DNA of 64,000 nucleotides from Acidimicrobiales bacterium. Lineage in GTDB: Bacteria > Actinomycetota > Acidimicrobiia > Acidimicrobiales > Bog-793. The stretch's first letter is position 1. The number at the start of each line of letters is the position of its first letter. The stretch covers positions 56,104 through 120,103 of the forward strand of contig JBEKBX010000004.1 of the NCBI GenBank assembly GCA_050015175.1, in the 5' to 3' direction. Below, in pieces: positions 60,028 to 64,000 of this stretch. The translations under genes and the position numbers were made by a program. A model generated the notes under the pieces. The model had not been told where the DNA came from and ran no database searches. It worked only from the letters and a program-made list of their open reading frames with translations.

Positions 60028-60230
60028 CAGGGGGGCAGGCGGGTCCAGCGGCCGCCCCGTCCGGCCGCGGACCCTGGTTACTTGCGCCGCCACTGGTGGC
60101 GGCCCCGTTCAGTGAGCCCGGAGCGCGCGTGGGACCGCCTCTATTGCCCAGGGCGTTTCTTTCAAGTAACCATCTGCAAATAGAATCCCGATCGGGATCA
60201 CGCGCACGGTGGGGTGATAGAAGAGGGCCG

Positions 60231-61118
60231 GTGGAAGGCAGCCGCTGGAATCAGACAGGAGAGCTACGGAGCCCGCAGGCTCCGGAGTCGGTGCTGCGCG
60301 CGGTGACGTCGTCTGTTGCCCCTCGCGCCGGATTCACGATCTCGGTCCTTGCCGAGAAGACCGGCACGCCTGTGCCGACCATCCACCACTACCGCCATCT
60401 CGGCCTCCTGCCGGAGGCGACCGAGCTCGCCTCCAACCGGTTCCTTTACGACGAACGCCACGTCGAGGCTCTCAACGTCATCCGCCTGCTCCGCGAGAGC
60501 CGGAACATGCCCCTGGACACCATCCGCGAGGCCCTGCCCGAGCTGCTCGCGTTCAACCGTGAGAGCGGACTTTCCCCGGACACCTGGGACGAGGTCATCG
60601 ACGCCTACCTGGAACGTTCCGGCCCCGCCGCCGTCTCGGCGCGGCTCGTCGTGGCGGCCCGGGAGGCGTTCGCACGGCACGGCTACGCGGGAGTCAACGT
60701 CGCGGACATCTGCAGCGCCGCCGACGTGGCGAAGGGGACCTTCTACCGGTACTTCGACTCGAAGGAGGCGGTCTTCCTCGCTGCGGCCCGTTCCACCGTC
60801 GACGCAGTCGGGGAGCAGCTTGACGAGCTGCCCGCGCCGATGAGCGAACTTCAGGCGATCGAGAAGTTGAAGCTCCTGCTTGCCCCGATGGCCCCGCTGC
60901 TGCTCGAGGTGGCGACAGGTGAGCTCCGGCACCAGCCGAACCTCATGGGCGTCGTCGGCGTCATAACCGCCGGTCTTGCCAGCCGCGTCGTGCCGAGGCT
61001 TCGCACGCGGGGCAAGGCGGCCAGGGTGGCTTCCCGGAGGGTTGTCGACGCCGCCATGGTCGGGCTGCTCCGGCCCACCCTCGAGTCGTCCAACTCCTCG
61101 TCGTCCTCGGCCTCCTGA
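60231..61118 (+). CDS. Transcriptional regulator with fused MerR-HTH and TetR-HTH domains
   Basis: TISVLAEKTGTPVPTIHHYRHLGLL...Y (MerR), then AAREAFARHGYAGVNVADIC..ADVAKGTFYRYFDSKEAVF (TetR). Start uncertain. Confidence 0.85.
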   Translation: MEGSRWNQTGELRSPQAPESVLRAVTSSVAPRAGFTISVLAEKTGTPVPTIHHYRHLGLLPEATELASNRFLYDERHVEALNVIRLLRESRNMPLDTIREALPELLAFNRESGLSPDTWDEVIDAYLERSGPAAVSARLVVAAREAFARHGYAGVNVADICSAADVAKGTFYRYFDSKEAVFLAAARSTVDAVGEQLDELPAPMSELQAIEKLKLLLAPMAPLLLEVATGELRHQPNLMGVVGVITAGLASRVVPRLRTRGKAARVASRRVVDAAMVGLLRPTLESSNSSSSSAS

Positions 61119-61233
61119 CTTTTTCTCGGGCCAGCGAGTCCGGGTGCTTTGAACCCGCAGGTCACGAACAGGATTCACCTCGGCCGGCCGTCGGCCGGTC
61201 AGGTGGCGGGGCGGCGCTGCGCGCCCGTGTCCC

Positions 61234-61279
61234 TTGACGGGGGCACCCTCGCACGTATAACAAAGGTGGACTGGTAGTC
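61234..61279 (+). promoter_or_regulatory. hpn operon promoter with a downstream inverted repeat
   Basis: TTGACG-N16-TATAAC (61234-61261); GACT-N3-AGTC at 61269-61279; AAGGAG RBS before ATG 61306. Confidence 0.55.
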
Positions 61280-61305
61280 ATCGGCGCTACGCGAAGGAGT
61301 AGCCG

Positions 61306-62187
61306 ATGGTGTCAACTGAGTCCGGTCGCTCTATTGGGGGAGACTTCGACGCGCCTGCCATGCTGGCCCTCAAGGCACGCAAAGAGAACTTTCCCGTCGC
61401 CTCGCACCTGTTGCCGCGCGACGTTCGGGCGAGCCTGATGGCGGTCTACGGTTTCGCCCGCCTGGCCGACGACCTCGGCGACGAGGCGGAAGGGGACCGG
61501 CTGGCGTGCCTGGACTGGCTCGAGGCGGAGCTGGACCTTGCTGCTGCCGGCAGAGCGGACCACCCTGTGCTCCGGCAGCTCACGCCTGTGATCCGGGGAC
61601 TCGACTTGAGCCTGGAGCCGTTCCGGGACCTTCTCGAAGCCAACCGGATGGACCAGCGCGTGACGCGCTATCGCAGCTTCGGCGATCTCGTGGACTACTG
61701 CATGTTGTCCGCGGCACCGGTGGGCAGGCTCGTGCTGGCCGTGTTCGGTGCTTCGATGCCCGAGAGGATCACGCTTTCGGACGAGGTCTGCATCGGCCTG
61801 CAGGTCGTCGAGCACCTTCAGGACGTGGGAGAGGACGCAAGGCGGGGCCGCATCTACCTGCCGGCCGAGGACATGGAGCGATTCGGGTGCACGGAGGCCG
61901 AGCTGCTCGCGACCGACTCGTCCCCGGCGCTGCGACGGCTTGTCGCCATGGAGGTGAGTCGGGCGCGAAGCCTTCTCGCCTCAGCCGTCCCGCTTGCGGC
62001 GTCACTGCGGTTCCGTCCCCGGGCAGCGGTCGTGGGCTTCGGTGCAGGCGGGACGGCGGCGCTCGACTCCATCGAACAGGCCGGCTACGACGTGCTCAAG
62101 CAGCACTGCAGTCCCCACAAGCTCGCATTCGCGAGGCGGGCGTTCTCCGACCTGGTGGCCGCTGGCGCGGGGCGAGGCAGGCTGTGA
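61306..62187 (+). CDS. hpnC: Hydroxysqualene synthase HpnC
   Basis: ENFPVAS, YGFARLADDLGDE, ANRMDQ, SAAPVGRLVL, LQDV..D...GRIYLP. Confidence 0.92.
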   Translation: MVSTESGRSIGGDFDAPAMLALKARKENFPVASHLLPRDVRASLMAVYGFARLADDLGDEAEGDRLACLDWLEAELDLAAAGRADHPVLRQLTPVIRGLDLSLEPFRDLLEANRMDQRVTRYRSFGDLVDYCMLSAAPVGRLVLAVFGASMPERITLSDEVCIGLQVVEHLQDVGEDARRGRIYLPAEDMERFGCTEAELLATDSSPALRRLVAMEVSRARSLLASAVPLAASLRFRPRAAVVGFGAGGTAALDSIEQAGYDVLKQHCSPHKLAFARRAFSDLVAAGAGRGRL

Positions 62188-63023
62188 ACACCGAGCTCGC
62201 GTACGACTTCTGCGAGGCCGTGACCCGCCAGGAAGCGAAGAACTTCGCATACGGCATCAGGTTGCTCAACAAGCCCGAGCGCCGGGCGCTTTCGTCGGTC
62301 TACGCGCTGGCACGGCGCATCGACGACATCGGCGACGGGCGGGCCGCCCCGTCAGACAAGCTCGCCGGGCTCCAGGCCATCCGCAAGAGCATCGACCCGA
62401 TCGACTCGGATACGACGGACCCGGTGCTCGTGGCCGTGGCGGACGCGGCCCGCCGGTACCGGCTCCCGATGTCGTGCTTCGCCGAGATCATCGACGGCTG
62501 CGAGATGGACGTCATCGGCACGTCGTACGAGACGATCGACGACCTCGTCGGATACTGCCGGAAGGTGGCGGGCTCGGTGGGACGGTTATCGCTCGCCGTG
62601 TTCGGGTCCCGCGAGCGCGAAACAGCGGTCGCGCTCGCGGATTCGCTCGGCGTGGCGCTGCAGCTCACCAACATCTTGCGCGACGTGGTGGAGGACCGTT
62701 CGTTCGGCCGCGTCTACCTGCCGAGCGACGACGCCGAGTCGGTCGGCTGCGACCCGAAGCTCACGGGTCCGGCCTCCGACGTCGCGAGGCTCGTCGCTCT
62801 CGAATGCGGCCGCGCGGACCGCTGGTTCGCAGAGGGCCTGCAACTCCTGCCGCTGCTCGACCGCCGGAGCCGGGCCTGCGTCGCAGCCATGGCCGGGATC
62901 TACCGGCGTCTGCTGGCCCGGATCAAGGCCGACCCGATCGCGGTCACGCGGGGCCGCGTGTCGCTGCCGACCTGGGAGAAGGCACTGGTCGCGGCGCGAA
63001 GCCTCGCCGGGGCACAACCGTGA
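62184..63023 (+). CDS. hpnD: Presqualene diphosphate synthase HpnD
   Basis: AKNFAYGI, RRIDDIGD, CRKVAGSVG, LQLTNILRDV, GRVYLP; GTG at 62184 overlaps the hpnC stop. Confidence 0.92.
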   Translation: MNTELAYDFCEAVTRQEAKNFAYGIRLLNKPERRALSSVYALARRIDDIGDGRAAPSDKLAGLQAIRKSIDPIDSDTTDPVLVAVADAARRYRLPMSCFAEIIDGCEMDVIGTSYETIDDLVGYCRKVAGSVGRLSLAVFGSRERETAVALADSLGVALQLTNILRDVVEDRSFGRVYLPSDDAESVGCDPKLTGPASDVARLVALECGRADRWFAEGLQLLPLLDRRSRACVAAMAGIYRRLLARIKADPIAVTRGRVSLPTWEKALVAARSLAGAQP

Positions 63024-64000
63024 GCCCGCCCCACATCGGTGTGGTCGGGGGCGGACTGGCCGGGATGGCCGCCGCACTCGCGGCCGCGGACGCCGGTGCC
63101 GAGGTCGTGGTGTTCGAGCGGCGGCCGGTACTCGGCGGGCTGACGGCCTCGATCAGCCACAACGGGCTTTCGTTCGACAACGGCCAGCACGTGTTCCTTC
63201 GCTGTTGCACCGCCTACCGAGGGTTCATCGACCGCATCGGGGCGACCGGCGACGTGTTCCTGCAGGACCGGCTCGACGTGCCGGTGCTCGCGCCCGGCGG
63301 TCGACGCGCCTCGATCAGGAGGTCGGCACTTCCTGCCCCGCTGCACATGGCCGTCTCGCTCGGGAGGTATCGGCACCTCTCGGTGCGTGAGCGGTTGCGC
63401 CTCGTACGCCCAGCGCTCGCGCTGCGGCGGCTCGATCCTGACGAAGCGGCGCTCGACGGGGTCTCGTTCGGCGACTGGCTCGTCCGCCACGGCCAGAGCG
63501 AACGGGCAGTCGACCACCTCTGGAACCTGATCGCGTTGCCGACGATCAACCTCCAAGCCGGCGAGGCGTCGCTCGGGATCGCCACGAAGGTCTTCAGGGT
63601 CGGCCTCCTCGAGCGGTCCGATGCCGGAGACATCGGCTGGTCGCGAGTGCCGCTCGGCGAGCTCCACGGCACCATCGCCGCACGGGCGTTGGAAGCCGCG
63701 GGCATCCAGACGTTGCTGGGCAGCCCGGTCGGCGCCGTCGGTCGCTCGAGCGTAGGCACCTTCACCGTGACCTGCGGCCGGCGCAACGTGGTCGTCGACT
63801 CGGTGATCCTGGCGACGCCGCTGCGCGTATCGGCGAACCTCGGAGCATCCCTCGGCCCCCTGGCCGGGGCGAGGGATGCCGAGCGCCTGGGGACCTCGCC
63901 CATCGTCAACGTCCACCTGGTGCTCGACCGGAAGGTGACCGAGCTCCCACTGGTGGCCTGCGTCGACTCGCCCGTCCAGTTCGTCTTCGACCGCACCGTC
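63020..64000 (+). CDS. hpnE: Hydroxysqualene dehydroxylase HpnE (3'-truncated)
   Basis: VVGGGLAG, DNGQHVFLRCCTAY, SPIVNVH; frame runs off the window; follows hpnCD. Confidence 0.9.
   Translation, partial: MSPPHIGVVGGGLAGMAAALAAADAGAEVVVFERRPVLGGLTASISHNGLSFDNGQHVFLRCCTAYRGFIDRIGATGDVFLQDRLDVPVLAPGGRRASIRRSALPAPLHMAVSLGRYRHLSVRERLRLVRPALALRRLDPDEAALDGVSFGDWLVRHGQSERAVDHLWNLIALPTINLQAGEASLGIATKVFRVGLLERSDAGDIGWSRVPLGELHGTIAARALEAAGIQTLLGSPVGAVGRSSVGTFTVTCGRRNVVVDSVILATPLRVSANLGASLGPLAGARDAERLGTSPIVNVHLVLDRKVTELPLVACVDSPVQFVFDRTV

Overview
High-GC chromosomal DNA (about 70% by eye), most consistent with an actinobacterium, probably Acidimicrobiia-like; this is inferred from gene content and synteny, not computed. 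In order: recC(partial)-recB-recD; an Nramp-like transporter and an SDR; a membrane GGDEF + stand-alone EAL pair; a DUF355 'adenosine-specific kinase'-sixA-ABC exporter-sulfurtransferase-HAD cluster; several unknown membrane proteins; a ferric reductase/FMN-binding/ApbE flavinylation operon; divergent glnE/nadE; a group-2-like sigma70; HAD-trkA-trkA divergent from a KimA-like permease with a fused OB-fold; hppA-topA-aqpZ-tmk-holB-rbsK; an amino-acid ABC importer; PAS-GGDEF-EAL; a phosphonate monoester hydrolase-like enzyme; a second stand-alone EAL; a MerR-TetR double-HTH regulator; and hpnC-hpnD-hpnE(partial). I recognised no tRNA, rRNA, CRISPR array or mobile element. Best leads: sigma28-like promoters before all three c-di-GMP loci, the phospho-His protein next to SixA, the KimA-OB-fold fusion, a perfect 18-bp palindrome at the hppA promoter, and the MerR-TetR fusion before the hpn genes. 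All calls come from motif recognition by eye; no searches were run.
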